Origin: Candidatus Heimdallarchaeota archaeon
Lineage (GTDB): Archaea > Asgardarchaeota > Heimdallarchaeia > Heimdallarchaeales > Heimdallarchaeaceae
Assembly: GCA_030668825.1 (NCBI GenBank)
Contig: DAOVET010000009.1
Span: forward strand, 1 to 54,605
Length of the DNA: 54,605 bases
Direction of reading: 5' to 3'
Shown here: positions 10,027-20,817 of the stretch, piece by piece
Layout of the letters: each line of letters begins with the position of its first letter
Position numbering within the stretch: the first letter of the stretch is position 1
Notes under the pieces: model-generated
What the model was told of the DNA's origin: nothing
The model's database searches: none
What the model saw: only the letters and a program-made list of their open reading frames with translations
Program-made: the position numbers and the translations under genes

Positions 10027-10758
10027 TCACTTCTTCACGCAGTCTACTCCGTGCACTTTTTCAACTATTTTGAATCGAAGTTTCTTATAAATTCGTACTG
10101 CTGGTAAATTTGTTTCCTCAACCCAAAGAGTTATTTTTTCAATGCCTTTATCAAAAACAGCCTCACACATTTTTGAGCTTAAATCAGAGCCCATACCTCT
10201 GTTACGATTTTGTTTACTGACCCAAACTCCTCTTATTATTGCAAAAGAGAATCGGTCATTTTGTACATAATGCGGAGTGAAAGCACATCCAATTAATTCG
10301 TTGTTCTCTATTATTCCTACTCCTCCTAATCCTTGGGAGAAGAGAATTCTATGTTTTAATCCAAGAAGTTTGGCATCTTCTAGGAGCAATTTTCTAGATT
10401 GATATACCTTTTGCGGAATAAAATTTTCTCTATCTAGTTCCATGCAAACAAATGTATTAATATCTTTATTCTGTACAGATTTATCCATGGGGATGAACTT
10501 TGTGAAAAGGTCTTCAACGAGTTCCCTCCATTCTATATCAAAAGAAAGACTAATTTGTCCCTTTGGGTTGAAATTTTCTAGTATTTCTTTATTTGGAGGT
10601 CCAAAAACTGTTGTATGCAAGTCATAAGAACATCTGAAGGAAGCACCAAGGTTATCTATGATCATTATTTCTGGACAAGTATAAATATCCCATATCATAT
10701 ATCCTAATCTAGCGATTCTAGTTTCAGATGCTTTAAAGAAATTCTCAAACTCTTCCAT
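10027..10758 (-). CDS. GNAT family N-acetyltransferase
   Basis: VWVSKQNRNRGMGS, NLPAVRIYKKLRF. Confidence 0.88.
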   Translation of the reverse strand: MEEFENFFKASETRIARLGYMIWDIYTCPEIMIIDNLGASFRCSYDLHTTVFGPPNKEILENFNPKGQISLSFDIEWRELVEDLFTKFIPMDKSVQNKDINTFVCMELDRENFIPQKVYQSRKLLLEDAKLLGLKHRILFSQGLGGVGIIENNELIGCAFTPHYVQNDRFSFAIIRGVWVSKQNRNRGMGSDLSSKMCEAVFDKGIEKITLWVEETNLPAVRIYKKLRFKIVEKVHGVDCVKK

Positions 10759-10808
10759 TATATTTTAGATATTTGAAGGGAGTATAAATCTTCTTCTAAA
10801 AATCAGTG

Positions 10809-11750
10809 TTAAACATATTTTGGACCATACAGTTCTTCATCAAGTTTGTTTAGGTAATCTTTGTATTCTTGATTATTAGCGATCTCAAAGGCTTTCTTTA
10901 CTCTAACAGTCCCCTCATATTTTTGACCCATTTTGATTAGAGCTTGACCGGAAATAAATAGTGCTTCATCATTTTCTTTTGACAAAGTTAATAACTCATT
11001 GCACAGATTGAATGCTTTCTGTATGTTACCTTCAGCTAGATATATTTTTGATAATTTATTATAGATAGACGCGTTTACAGGTCGTGTTTTTTCTTCTACT
11101 TGTAATGCTTGGAGATATTTCTCCTTTGCTATATCATGATGCCCCATGAAGTGATAGAGATCACCGAGTTCTTCATAAAGATCCTGATTAACAGGTTCAA
11201 GCTCAATAGCTTCATTGTAAGCATCAATTGCAGAAACGAAATTTTCAAGCTCTTTATAACTTCTTCCCAGTAACCTCCAAACCATAATGTCTTCCTTTTT
11301 AGTTCTCAAGTATGTTTCAAAACTTAGTACAGCTACTTGATACTCTCCCCGAGCCATTGCCAGTTTTCCTCTTCCAAGCCAAGATTGGGTGGCTCTCGAG
11401 TTCAGAGATGTAGACTTAAAATAATAATTTTCAGCAATCTCAGTCTGATTACGGATCCTATAAATCTCTCCTAGAAGTTCATAAGCTTCCCAATAATCAG
11501 AATCTTCGGCTATAACACTGGTCAATTCAGAGATTGAATCATCGAATTTACCCATTAAATAACAGACTTTTCCTTTGAGATATTTTAAACTAATATCATC
11601 ATATTTTGTGATTGCTCTAGTTAGAAAAGATAGAGCTTCCCCATATAGGCTATTATCAATTAAGCTTTCAAGTAACTCAATCTCGTATTTTTTTTTGTCC
11701 TCCCCTGTTTCCAACCCCAAGAAACCACCTTGATTGTATTGATTTCTCAA
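10809..11750 (-). CDS. Tetratricopeptide repeat protein
   Basis: Repeated TPR units (LLGEIY, AIDAYNEAIELEP, LGDLY). Confidence 0.9.
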   Translation of the reverse strand: MRNQYNQGGFLGLETGEDKKKYEIELLESLIDNSLYGEALSFLTRAITKYDDISLKYLKGKVCYLMGKFDDSISELTSVIAEDSDYWEAYELLGEIYRIRNQTEIAENYYFKSTSLNSRATQSWLGRGKLAMARGEYQVAVLSFETYLRTKKEDIMVWRLLGRSYKELENFVSAIDAYNEAIELEPVNQDLYEELGDLYHFMGHHDIAKEKYLQALQVEEKTRPVNASIYNKLSKIYLAEGNIQKAFNLCNELLTLSKENDEALFISGQALIKMGQKYEGTVRVKKAFEIANNQEYKDYLNKLDEELYGPKYV

Positions 11751-11797
11751 TTTAAAAAACTTTTCAAAGAATTTTAAGAAAATCAGATTTAAGAAAA

Positions 11798-13405
11798 CTA
11801 TTTAGATTCTCTTTTGATTAACTCTCTTTTAAGAACTTTACCTGCTGCACTTAATGGTAAAGAATCAACAAATTCGAAAGTTTTAGGGATTTTGTACTTA
11901 GTTATGGATTGCTTGATACAGAATTCTCTCATTTCATCTTCAGTGATTTTTTGTCCCTCCTTAGCAACAATAAAGGCCTTCCCAACTTCACCAAAGTAAT
12001 CATCTGGAACGGGTATTACAGTTGCAAGTGAAACTCCTGGGTGTTTGTAGAGTTCTTCTTCTACTTCTCTGGGATAAACCTTAAGTCCACCAGAATTGAT
12101 AACATCTTTGGATCTGTCAACAATAAAGAAATATCCTTCAGAATCTATTCGAGCTAAGTCCCCTGTTTTTAACCATCCATCTGAAGTAAAAACATTGGAA
12201 GATTCTAAACTTTTACCAAAGTATCCTTTCATAACTTGAGGACCTAAAATGACTATCTCACCAACTTTACCCTCTTCTACTTCATCGAGAGTTTCAGAAT
12301 CAACCAATCGGACCAATGTGTCAATGAGAGGTTTACCTATGGAATTGACAATCGCTTTGCCGTAAGGATTGATATGAGTAACAGGACTACATTCAGTTAA
12401 TCCATAACCTTCCGTAATCTCCACAGATGTCTTTTTCCTGAACTCTTCATGAACTTCTTTGGGTAATGCTGATCCTCCAGAAACGCAAACTTTTAGACTC
12501 TTTAAGTCATAACCCTCTATTTTTAATCGAAGAAGAGCTATGTACATTGTTGGAACACCGTAAAAAGATGTTGCCTTTTCCTCTGCCATTAATTTGAGCA
12601 AGCTCTCTGGATCAAATTTTGGAATTATGATAATCATTTCACCCCTAAAAAGTGGCGCTAGGAAACTGCATTGCAAGCCAAAACTGTGACAAATTGGTAG
12701 AGCTGAAACAACGCAACCAGTAAATTCTTGTGGTATTTCTTTTGCCCATTCATTAAATTGAAGAGCATTTGCGAGAACATTAGAATGAGTTAACATCACA
12801 GCCTTTGCTGAACCTGTAGTGCCACCTGTATAGAGAAGAAATGCTAAGTCTGACGCTTTACTTCTTATTTCTGTTAATTTTTCCTCTTTACTAAGAATGC
12901 TTGACAATAATACTAAATCAGAATCTTGACTTAGAGTGATATCTTCTCCTGATTCTTCAGGATCACTGACAAGAATCTTTGCTTTAAATTGATATTGACT
13001 AACTATTTCAGAAACTCTATCACAAAAAGAGAAATCTGTTATTAAAGCCTTTGATTCAGAGTCTCTTAGCTGAAAAGCAATCTCTCTTTGAGACAATCGA
13101 GTATTAATTAGAGTAACTTTAGCTCCTACTTGAAAAGATGCAAAAATTGAGATAATTATACCAATTGAATTAGGTAGCAATATAGCCACTGTTTCGTCTT
13201 TTTCTATAGAACTTGCATCCAAAAAATAAGCTAATTTGTTGGTCATTTCAATTATATCTTTAGTTTTATAATCCCTTGATCCCTCTTTGAAAAGAATCTT
13301 ATTATCGTCAAAACCTTTTGAAATTTCTAAAAAATATTCGAATACTGATTTATCTGGATAGTTTATTTTCCAAGGCATTCTTTCTCTCCAGCTTGATTCA
13401 CTCAT
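11798..13405 (-). CDS. Long-chain fatty acid--CoA ligase (AMP-binding)
   Basis: LLYTGGTTG, EGYGLTE, WLKTGD, DRSKD, GKVLK. Confidence 0.93.
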   Translation of the reverse strand: MSESSWRERMPWKINYPDKSVFEYFLEISKGFDDNKILFKEGSRDYKTKDIIEMTNKLAYFLDASSIEKDETVAILLPNSIGIIISIFASFQVGAKVTLINTRLSQREIAFQLRDSESKALITDFSFCDRVSEIVSQYQFKAKILVSDPEESGEDITLSQDSDLVLLSSILSKEEKLTEIRSKASDLAFLLYTGGTTGSAKAVMLTHSNVLANALQFNEWAKEIPQEFTGCVVSALPICHSFGLQCSFLAPLFRGEMIIIIPKFDPESLLKLMAEEKATSFYGVPTMYIALLRLKIEGYDLKSLKVCVSGGSALPKEVHEEFRKKTSVEITEGYGLTECSPVTHINPYGKAIVNSIGKPLIDTLVRLVDSETLDEVEEGKVGEIVILGPQVMKGYFGKSLESSNVFTSDGWLKTGDLARIDSEGYFFIVDRSKDVINSGGLKVYPREVEEELYKHPGVSLATVIPVPDDYFGEVGKAFIVAKEGQKITEDEMREFCIKQSITKYKIPKTFEFVDSLPLSAAGKVLKRELIKRESK

Positions 13406-13540
13406 TCTGAACCACTAATCATTTTTTAGTTGATACATTAATGAACTTTATTGCGTGTAACCGTTTTTCTACCTAATTTGTCGAAAGAAAACGTTGATAA
13501 ACTGTCACCTGGACACTCATTTGTGGAAGGTTAATGTAAA

Positions 13541-16291
13541 TTGTCCCCAGAAGATAGTAGGCGCAAAGAGAGTAAAAAATTAGAGAAAGACTATGATGAA
13601 GAGCTTTCTCAAATTGCGACTAAATATAATATTGAATTTGATAATGATAGAGAAACTCTTTCTATTAATTTAGCTCTAAAAGGACAAGAAGCTTTAACCA
13701 AAGGTCAAATCGAAACAGCAGAAGAAATATGTGATGTACTTTATAATCTCGCAAGTAAGTGGAAAGATGACTTTACAAAAATGAAAACACTACTACTAAA
13801 TGCTCAGATAGCAAACTACAAGGGAGAATCGCAGTTAGAACATCTTGAAAACGCTCTTTCCTTAGCTAAAAAAATCAAAATTATTGATATTGAAATTGGA
13901 ATAAGGGTTCAACTAGCTTTTGATTATTACAAAAGACGAACCTACAAGAAAGTTCTCAGAGAGATTAAGAAAATCCAAAAACATCCCGAGTTTTTCTCTG
14001 AAAATGCAACAATAGTTCTTGAGCTACAATCTAGAACCTATTGGGAAACAGATGAATATATCAAGGGATTTGACTCTACTCTTAAGTGGTTTGACGTTCT
14101 AAAAAACTCTCTAAGAGATGTACATTCGCTTTTTCTTGTTATTGTTTACCTTCTAACTGTAATGAATTCTTTAGATCTCCCATATGCTAAAAAGAAGCTT
14201 GATGAGATTAAGAATAGCATTTCAGGTCTTTTAATAGAATTAGGTTCAGCTTCCCATTTATTTTCAGAAATACTGATAAATATTGATGTTTTGTTTGCCA
14301 AATCCCTTATGCTTGTAGAACCCGAAATCTTGTATCAATTTGCAGATTTACTAATACAATCTTCCAGATGGAATGATGAGGAAAAGTACTTATTTTTGTG
14401 TCAAAAACTGTCAGATGCCTTTTATAATATTAACGACTTTAAAAAAGCTCAAAACTTAATGGAAAAAGCATATCAGTTTGCTAAAGAGAAAAAGTATTCC
14501 GAAATTGAATCTCTTATTAGATATAAAATGACAGAGATTTCCAGTTTGATATTTTATTTTATGTCTTTCAATCCTCTATTTGATCCATTTAGCGCAAAAT
14601 CTATTACAATAAATACTGATGATCTCAAGAAACAGTCGTATTTACAAGTCATGAGCCCCATTACGAATAATTTTCCTACAACTTCTTATTCACAGTTTCT
14701 AAGAATTATCGAAAAAGCTTCATATAGTTATATACATGAAAAATCACTGAAAATCGAAGGATTTACTGTTGAAGAAGAACGGTGTTTTTTCGTTCTTGAT
14801 TTAGAGATAGAAAACGAAAGAATAATGCTTCTTATGAAAGAAGATTTCAAAGTAGATCCTGCAGAATATAAGACATTACACTCAACTTTATCTCCCTATT
14901 ATTCAGTTATTGGTTTATTATCAGATGAAAGAAAAAGTACAATGAACGAAATTGATGAAATAGAAAAAGTTTTACTTAAAGTTCAAAGAGCTATCAATTG
15001 TCCTGCTTCTAAGGCTATTATTTACCTGCCTGAGAAAAATCCTCAACTAAATCTATTCCGATTTTATCTCCAAGAGAGTGGTTTTAGAGATCTTAAAGTT
15101 AAAATCTTGGATTCAGTCTTAAAATTAAAGACTTCATTTGATTTCCTGAAAATTCCTGATATTTTACAAATTTTTCAAGCAGATCCTATAACCATCTTTG
15201 ATTTATCTCTAAGAGATGCTGATAATCTGAACCCATTATCAAAATTAATTACTCATGCTTACGGATTCAATGTATCATCTGAAACAATGCACGATTTCTT
15301 CCAAGCATTAATTGAAGATTTCCTAAAGAGAAGTGATACTAGATTCTGGAAAGATTTTTACTATCAATATGCTTGGGTGCAAACTAAAGGAATATACCTA
15401 TCTCTATCAAATGAGTTCCTTGAGAAGAAAAAAGCTTTAAATGATAAATTGGTTGAAATTGCAAATAAACTAGGTGAGGGAGAGAAAATTTTGGAGAGCC
15501 TATATTATCGAACCTTTATGGGAATTGTTGCTAAGAGTGATAATTTCATGCAAGATTTCGAGGTTCTTAAATCAAAATTAAACGATCATGAAAGCAGGAA
15601 ATTTAGTGTTATATCTAAAATTATCCAGCTTTTTAAAGATGAAAATTTAGATGAGGAGTACAATCTGGTTGAAACTCTTAATTTGCTCTGTGAATTATGT
15701 GAATTCAAAGATTGGGATATTTTATTAGAATTATTTATCTATCTTCTTGGCGAGTTACAGGAGATTAAACCTCTATTTGAAATATGTAAAGAGAGAGATG
15801 TTAAAGACAGTGGAATATATCTGTACCTGCACCTAATTAAACACTTAATCAAAATTGAGAGACATGATTCAGCAAGTGAACTGCTAAGTTGGGTTCTCAA
15901 TACAATAAATAGTCGGAAAGAGAAGTTTCACTTCTCTAAACACATTTGGGATTATCTATTTGTTACAGCAAACATGTATATGTATTCCCTTACTAGTGAA
16001 GTTCCTGATGAAACCTTAAAGAAATTTGGTGTGGATAAAAATGACGTTATTCGAAGCTTATTAGATAAAAAAGAATGGATTACTGATCCTTTATTCCTTG
16101 TTGAAATTCTTAACGATTATATCTTAACATTACTTGATAAATCGAACTTCTCTGAGGCTGAAAAACATTATCGCTGGGTTGAGCAATTAATGTTCTATTA
16201 CTGGGATATATTCACGAATGAAAATAATAAAGATTTACTGAAAAACGTTAATGAAATTAAAAAGAAAATCGAAAGTCAACACTTAATATAA
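13541..16291 (+). CDS. Large hypothetical protein, alpha-solenoid/TPR-like ends
   Basis: 916-aa ORF with helical-repeat patterns; no catalytic motif recognised. Confidence 0.6.
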   Translation: MSPEDSRRKESKKLEKDYDEELSQIATKYNIEFDNDRETLSINLALKGQEALTKGQIETAEEICDVLYNLASKWKDDFTKMKTLLLNAQIANYKGESQLEHLENALSLAKKIKIIDIEIGIRVQLAFDYYKRRTYKKVLREIKKIQKHPEFFSENATIVLELQSRTYWETDEYIKGFDSTLKWFDVLKNSLRDVHSLFLVIVYLLTVMNSLDLPYAKKKLDEIKNSISGLLIELGSASHLFSEILINIDVLFAKSLMLVEPEILYQFADLLIQSSRWNDEEKYLFLCQKLSDAFYNINDFKKAQNLMEKAYQFAKEKKYSEIESLIRYKMTEISSLIFYFMSFNPLFDPFSAKSITINTDDLKKQSYLQVMSPITNNFPTTSYSQFLRIIEKASYSYIHEKSLKIEGFTVEEERCFFVLDLEIENERIMLLMKEDFKVDPAEYKTLHSTLSPYYSVIGLLSDERKSTMNEIDEIEKVLLKVQRAINCPASKAIIYLPEKNPQLNLFRFYLQESGFRDLKVKILDSVLKLKTSFDFLKIPDILQIFQADPITIFDLSLRDADNLNPLSKLITHAYGFNVSSETMHDFFQALIEDFLKRSDTRFWKDFYYQYAWVQTKGIYLSLSNEFLEKKKALNDKLVEIANKLGEGEKILESLYYRTFMGIVAKSDNFMQDFEVLKSKLNDHESRKFSVISKIIQLFKDENLDEEYNLVETLNLLCELCEFKDWDILLELFIYLLGELQEIKPLFEICKERDVKDSGIYLYLHLIKHLIKIERHDSASELLSWVLNTINSRKEKFHFSKHIWDYLFVTANMYMYSLTSEVPDETLKKFGVDKNDVIRSLLDKKEWITDPLFLVEILNDYILTLLDKSNFSEAEKHYRWVEQLMFYYWDIFTNENNKDLLKNVNEIKKKIESQHLI

Positions 16292-16549
16292 TAAGTATGC
16301 TTCTAAACAATTAACAATTTACATAATTTATTTTGTAAGAGTGTAATTAAATCAGCCTTACATCGACATTCTTGTTTGTTTCACTTTATAAATAGTTTTA
16401 GTATTATTATTCTACAATGCGTCTAATTCTAATTATGTTAAGGTTATGTCACTGTAATCCATAAAAATCTTTATGAATGATGGTACGATTGAAAGTGTGT
16501 AAAATAAATATTCCAATAATAGTTCATATCCATACTTGGTGTCAAATTC

Positions 16550-19159
16550 ATGTCTTCTGAACACGATATAGCTATAATCTCTGTGGGGTACAGGGACAGT
16601 CCTTTCACAAAAGAAATAATTCAAAATGACATAATCCCTTATTCCATTGTAGCTAATAACTCAAGTGATTTCCAAATCCATCACGCTGATCCCTCAAAGA
16701 TACTTCTTTACAGCCTTGAATTCACCAACATAATTGAAATTATTGCTAAGAAAAGCATGGATTCATTAGCAGTTTTCGAAACCCTAGGACAATTTTTTGA
16801 ATTTTACAATCCCTTACATCTTTCAACACTTAATTACCTAATATCAAAATATGCGACTAGTATAAAACCTAAAAAAAAGGGATACATGCAGGCATGGAAA
16901 AACATCACTACAGCCATATTTGACAGTGAATTTATTTACCCATTATTTGAAGAGAGTAGAATTTTCCATATTAAAGAAGGAGAAGTGGAAATTCCAGTAC
17001 GTCAATTCCTAATCTCTTCTGAATTAGAAGAGCAAAAAGGAAACTCAAAGAATAACAATAAAGCTCTAAATCAAGTTCTTGAAGATATTTCAGGTATAAT
17101 AGATCTTGAAGAAACTAGTAAAATGAAAATAAGCTCTAGTGCTGTAAGAAAAATCACATCAGCAACAGCTGTTATCATAATTCCAACAGATATAGTTTCT
17201 TTATTCATTTTGTTCAATTCCAATCACTTTAAAGAAACTTTACAAAAATCTGATGGAAAAATAGCTATCATTTCCCCATTCTGGCCTGGAAATGAGATTA
17301 GTAGAATTGAACGAACAATACTACAAAAAACAAATTTTGAAGCAAATCTTGTAAATGTTGCAAAATTGGTTAAAGACTGTGTGGATGCAGTAATAATTGA
17401 TACAAAAGACAGTGATTTAGTTCCTTCTCTTAGAGAAGAAGGGATTACTGTTTTAGTGGAAGATTTATCTCCAAAAAACCAATCAACACAAGAATTTCTG
17501 GATACAGTTCTGAAAAGTATTGACATTTCGTTAGATACAATCGCTATTGAACCTCAAGGTTTGATTGAAGGTTTAGGAGAAAAACTTGTCAATTTATTTA
17601 GAGTTCGAGAACCTAAACAAGAAAAAGAAGAAGTTAAGACTCTTGAAATCTCAATTAAAGAGGAAGATCTAGAACTTATAGAATCAATATTTGAGGAAGG
17701 AATTTCAGTAGATGAACCAAAGGAAATGGAAACTGAAATATCTGAAGATTTATCTGAATCTGATGCTCTTACCGACGAGTTTGAAATGGAAGTAATTGAT
17801 ACTGAAGAAACTATTCAAACAATACCTACTCCACCTCCAAAAGATGCAGGTGTGGATGGTGAATTTTATTACCAAAAAGCTGAAGGTCAGTTCGTACTAC
17901 CAGGTATTGAACAAATTACACAATTTGAATTGGAAGAACTAGATTCTTTAGATGTCGATGAACACATCATAACTTCTTTTATTGAAAGAGCAATGACAAG
18001 CAATGCAACAGGGGTGGAGGTTGTTTTTTCTGATTTGTTGTCTTTACAAAACAATCCTCTATTAATAGATAAGATCTTCCAAACGATACTCAAGCGATTG
18101 ATAAAATTTAGAGATTTAAATCCAGAAGAGAAAATTGCTGATATGATTACCTATTTATCAGCTCACAAGCCTGAGTATTATCACGAAAAGCTGAACAATT
18201 TGCTTGAAGATACTCTTAATTCTGAAGAAGAAAAAGAATTCTATCAGAATCTAAAAACAACTTCTCTAGTTGTTAGAAGTTCTTTACTTATTGCAGGAGA
18301 GGTAATTGAGAAATTCTTGCAAAAGAATATTGTCACTTCAGATGCTTATATTGAAGATAGACTGAAACGCATGGTTAATGCTTTTGGAGTTGCCAATATC
18401 GACTTATTACAATTATTATGCAGAATTCTTGTGAATATATACAAACAAGAATTGGAAAAGGAAGAATCAGATGAAACTATAACTCGAAGAATTATTTCAT
18501 TTTTGACTATGTTTGATGGACTTAGTGTAGCCATATCTTTGGTAACATTAGGGTCAGAAACAGCAGTAGAATCTATTACAGATGCCATTAAGAAAATGGC
18601 TTTGAATAACTCCTTTAAGAAGATAATTACAGATGTTTTAACTGTCTTCAACGAAGGTTCTTATGAGGATCTGGTGAAAGCTTTTCAAGGACGTATTTTG
18701 CCCGAAAACGTCGAATTTGAGATGATGAAAAAGAAATACATCACTAGTCTTTCAAAAGTGGGTTCAATACCATTAGAACTATTCGCTGAAAGAATTGGAT
18801 TATCAGTTGATAAAGCAGAAAAAATGATTTATGATATGATTTTGCAAGAAGAAATTCCAGCAAGAATCGAATTAGTTAGTGGAAGACTCTATATCGTTCA
18901 AGATATTGAAGAAGCTGAGGTTATAACAGAAGGGTCAACTGAAGAGATAACAAGAGAGACCAAGGAAACTCTTGAAAAAACTGATGAAAAAGTAGAACAA
19001 CTTGATCAGGAAGAAGTTACAGAGACACTCGAAGAACATCCTGAGCAAAAACGAACTAAAGAGATTTTAGAGAAAGAATTTGCTTGTACTCAATGCCAGA
19101 AATCTTTCAAGACAGAAAGAGGTTTAAAAATGCATGTAAGCAGGGTTCATAAAGAATAA
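16550..19159 (+). CDS. Multidomain protein: degenerate CofD-like domain, acidic linker, helical region, PCI-like winged helix, C2H2 zinc finger
   Basis: N-terminal ~325 aa colinear with CofD; SIPLELFAERIGLSVDKAEKMIYDMILQEEIPARIE; FACTQCQKSFKTERGLKMHVSRVH. Confidence 0.7.
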   Translation: MSSEHDIAIISVGYRDSPFTKEIIQNDIIPYSIVANNSSDFQIHHADPSKILLYSLEFTNIIEIIAKKSMDSLAVFETLGQFFEFYNPLHLSTLNYLISKYATSIKPKKKGYMQAWKNITTAIFDSEFIYPLFEESRIFHIKEGEVEIPVRQFLISSELEEQKGNSKNNNKALNQVLEDISGIIDLEETSKMKISSSAVRKITSATAVIIIPTDIVSLFILFNSNHFKETLQKSDGKIAIISPFWPGNEISRIERTILQKTNFEANLVNVAKLVKDCVDAVIIDTKDSDLVPSLREEGITVLVEDLSPKNQSTQEFLDTVLKSIDISLDTIAIEPQGLIEGLGEKLVNLFRVREPKQEKEEVKTLEISIKEEDLELIESIFEEGISVDEPKEMETEISEDLSESDALTDEFEMEVIDTEETIQTIPTPPPKDAGVDGEFYYQKAEGQFVLPGIEQITQFELEELDSLDVDEHIITSFIERAMTSNATGVEVVFSDLLSLQNNPLLIDKIFQTILKRLIKFRDLNPEEKIADMITYLSAHKPEYYHEKLNNLLEDTLNSEEEKEFYQNLKTTSLVVRSSLLIAGEVIEKFLQKNIVTSDAYIEDRLKRMVNAFGVANIDLLQLLCRILVNIYKQELEKEESDETITRRIISFLTMFDGLSVAISLVTLGSETAVESITDAIKKMALNNSFKKIITDVLTVFNEGSYEDLVKAFQGRILPENVEFEMMKKKYITSLSKVGSIPLELFAERIGLSVDKAEKMIYDMILQEEIPARIELVSGRLYIVQDIEEAEVITEGSTEEITRETKETLEKTDEKVEQLDQEEVTETLEEHPEQKRTKEILEKEFACTQCQKSFKTERGLKMHVSRVHKE

Positions 19160-19242
19160 TATAGCTCATGGAATAATTTTCTATTCAACTAAAAGTTTTA
19201 TTTTTAAGATAGATTTTTTTATTTGGTCAAAGATGTTTATTC

Positions 19243-19758
19243 ATGAGAAAATTCCAGATTGCTGTAATAGGTTCGGGGAATATCTTAGAAGATTCAGAAG
19301 AGTATTTGTTAGCAAAAAAATTGGGGAAACGATTAGTTGACAAAGATTTCATAATTTTATGTGGAGGATTGAAAGGGGTGATGAAAGCTGTATGTGAGGG
19401 AGCTAAGGAATCTAAGAAGTATTCTTATGGGCAGACAATAGGCATTCTTCCATCATTAGATAAATCCTCTGCTAATCCTTTTGTTGATATACAAATCTCA
19501 ACTGGAATGTCCAACGCTAGAAATCAAATAATCATTGCTTCCGCTGATGCAGTTATTGTGGTTCGTGGAGGTGCGGGAACTTTATCTGAAATTTCATATG
19601 CCTGGCAAATGAATAAGACAATAATTTCACTCAAGAAATCGGGAGGATGGGCAGAAAAACTAGCTGACTCAAAAATAGACGGAAGTAGAAAAGATAAAAT
19701 TATCTCTGCTTCATCTGTAGCAGATGTTTTGAAGCACTTAGAAAAAATCATAATCTGA
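19243..19758 (+). CDS. TIGR00725/LOG-like (SLOG) nucleotide-binding protein
   Basis: IAVIGS, CGGLKGVMKAV, ARNQII, GGAGTLSE. Confidence 0.88.
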   Translation: MRKFQIAVIGSGNILEDSEEYLLAKKLGKRLVDKDFIILCGGLKGVMKAVCEGAKESKKYSYGQTIGILPSLDKSSANPFVDIQISTGMSNARNQIIIASADAVIVVRGGAGTLSEISYAWQMNKTIISLKKSGGWAEKLADSKIDGSRKDKIISASSVADVLKHLEKIII

Positions 19759-19803
19759 TTATGCTATCAATAGACTTTAAAGACTAAGTACGAGTGTAAT
19801 TTT

Positions 19804-20805
19804 ATGCTAATTTGTTTGTTCAGGTTAGAGGATGTTGGTCCAAACTTAGTCGAAATGGTATTAGACAGAAATGTTGAATTTGATCAGGATACAATAGATA
19901 AATTCACATTCTCAGGATCAGTTACTTATTCTCTAGTTTTTCAAGGAATGATTACCCTTGATGACATGGCTTCAGAACTTTATGGTCCTTTTCCATTTGC
20001 TTTTTCTTCAGGTTTTGTTCAATATGCCTTTTCATTTATTGCTGCTGATAAGACTATGAAAGACAAAAGGATGAAAGAAAAAACCCTAGGTTTAATTATT
20101 ATGCTTGTACCAGAAATGGTTTCAAAGATAGATACCTTTAGAGAAGAACTAGCTAAGGTTCTTTTATATAAGTTTCATAAAGTTTACAAAATAAGTCAAG
20201 TTAACAAAGTTTTCCTACAAGATATCATTAGCTCCTATAATAAGATATTACAGGACCTCCTAAGTTTTAAGCAAGCAGATTTATTATCTGAACAGATACT
20301 AGAGTTTCTACAAGTAAAAGAAAAGCCCAAAAAGAAAAAAACCATTATTGATATTGGAGTTATATATCCTAAAGAACACACTAGTTTTATCAAGAAATAC
20401 TATGCTTCCTTATTGGGTTCCTTACCTTATACCGAAACCGCTTATTCGAAAGACAAAGCAGTAATCAAAACTCAAACACATGAGTTTAGTTTTGTTATGG
20501 ATTCGAAAGTTGAAGATAATTATTTGAATAAACAAAGTGCATTAATTCTCTTAGCAAATGTTAAAGGAAAGAAATACTCAACTCTTTATCAAGTGTTAAA
20601 AGAACTCAAGTCTAAACCTAAGATAGCATTAGTCGTTTCCCTTCCAGACAATATTGAAAAAGCAAGTGGTGAGTATGCTAAATTCTTTACAGGTCTTCAA
20701 AGATACATTGGTGATTTGCCCTTCTTTTCTGCAAGTTTTAGTACAAATTATGAGTTTAAAACAAAAATGTTAGAAGCTCTTTTTTGGACACTTTCACCAG
20801 ATTAA
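19804..20805 (+). CDS. Hypothetical: longin/uDENN-like N-domain plus degenerate small-GTPase-like C-domain
   Basis: LFRLEDVGP, YGPFPF, MKDKR; C-half alternating beta/alpha ending LPFFSAS. Confidence 0.5.
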   Translation: MLICLFRLEDVGPNLVEMVLDRNVEFDQDTIDKFTFSGSVTYSLVFQGMITLDDMASELYGPFPFAFSSGFVQYAFSFIAADKTMKDKRMKEKTLGLIIMLVPEMVSKIDTFREELAKVLLYKFHKVYKISQVNKVFLQDIISSYNKILQDLLSFKQADLLSEQILEFLQVKEKPKKKKTIIDIGVIYPKEHTSFIKKYYASLLGSLPYTETAYSKDKAVIKTQTHEFSFVMDSKVEDNYLNKQSALILLANVKGKKYSTLYQVLKELKSKPKIALVVSLPDNIEKASGEYAKFFTGLQRYIGDLPFFSASFSTNYEFKTKMLEALFWTLSPD

Positions 20806-20817
20806 TTTGTGCTAAAT

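Noticed and set aside
16292-16549. 258-bp intergenic gap as a possible C/D-box sRNA (ATGATG...CTGA)
   Set aside because: Imperfect C box, the D box falls inside the CDS, and there is no terminal stem
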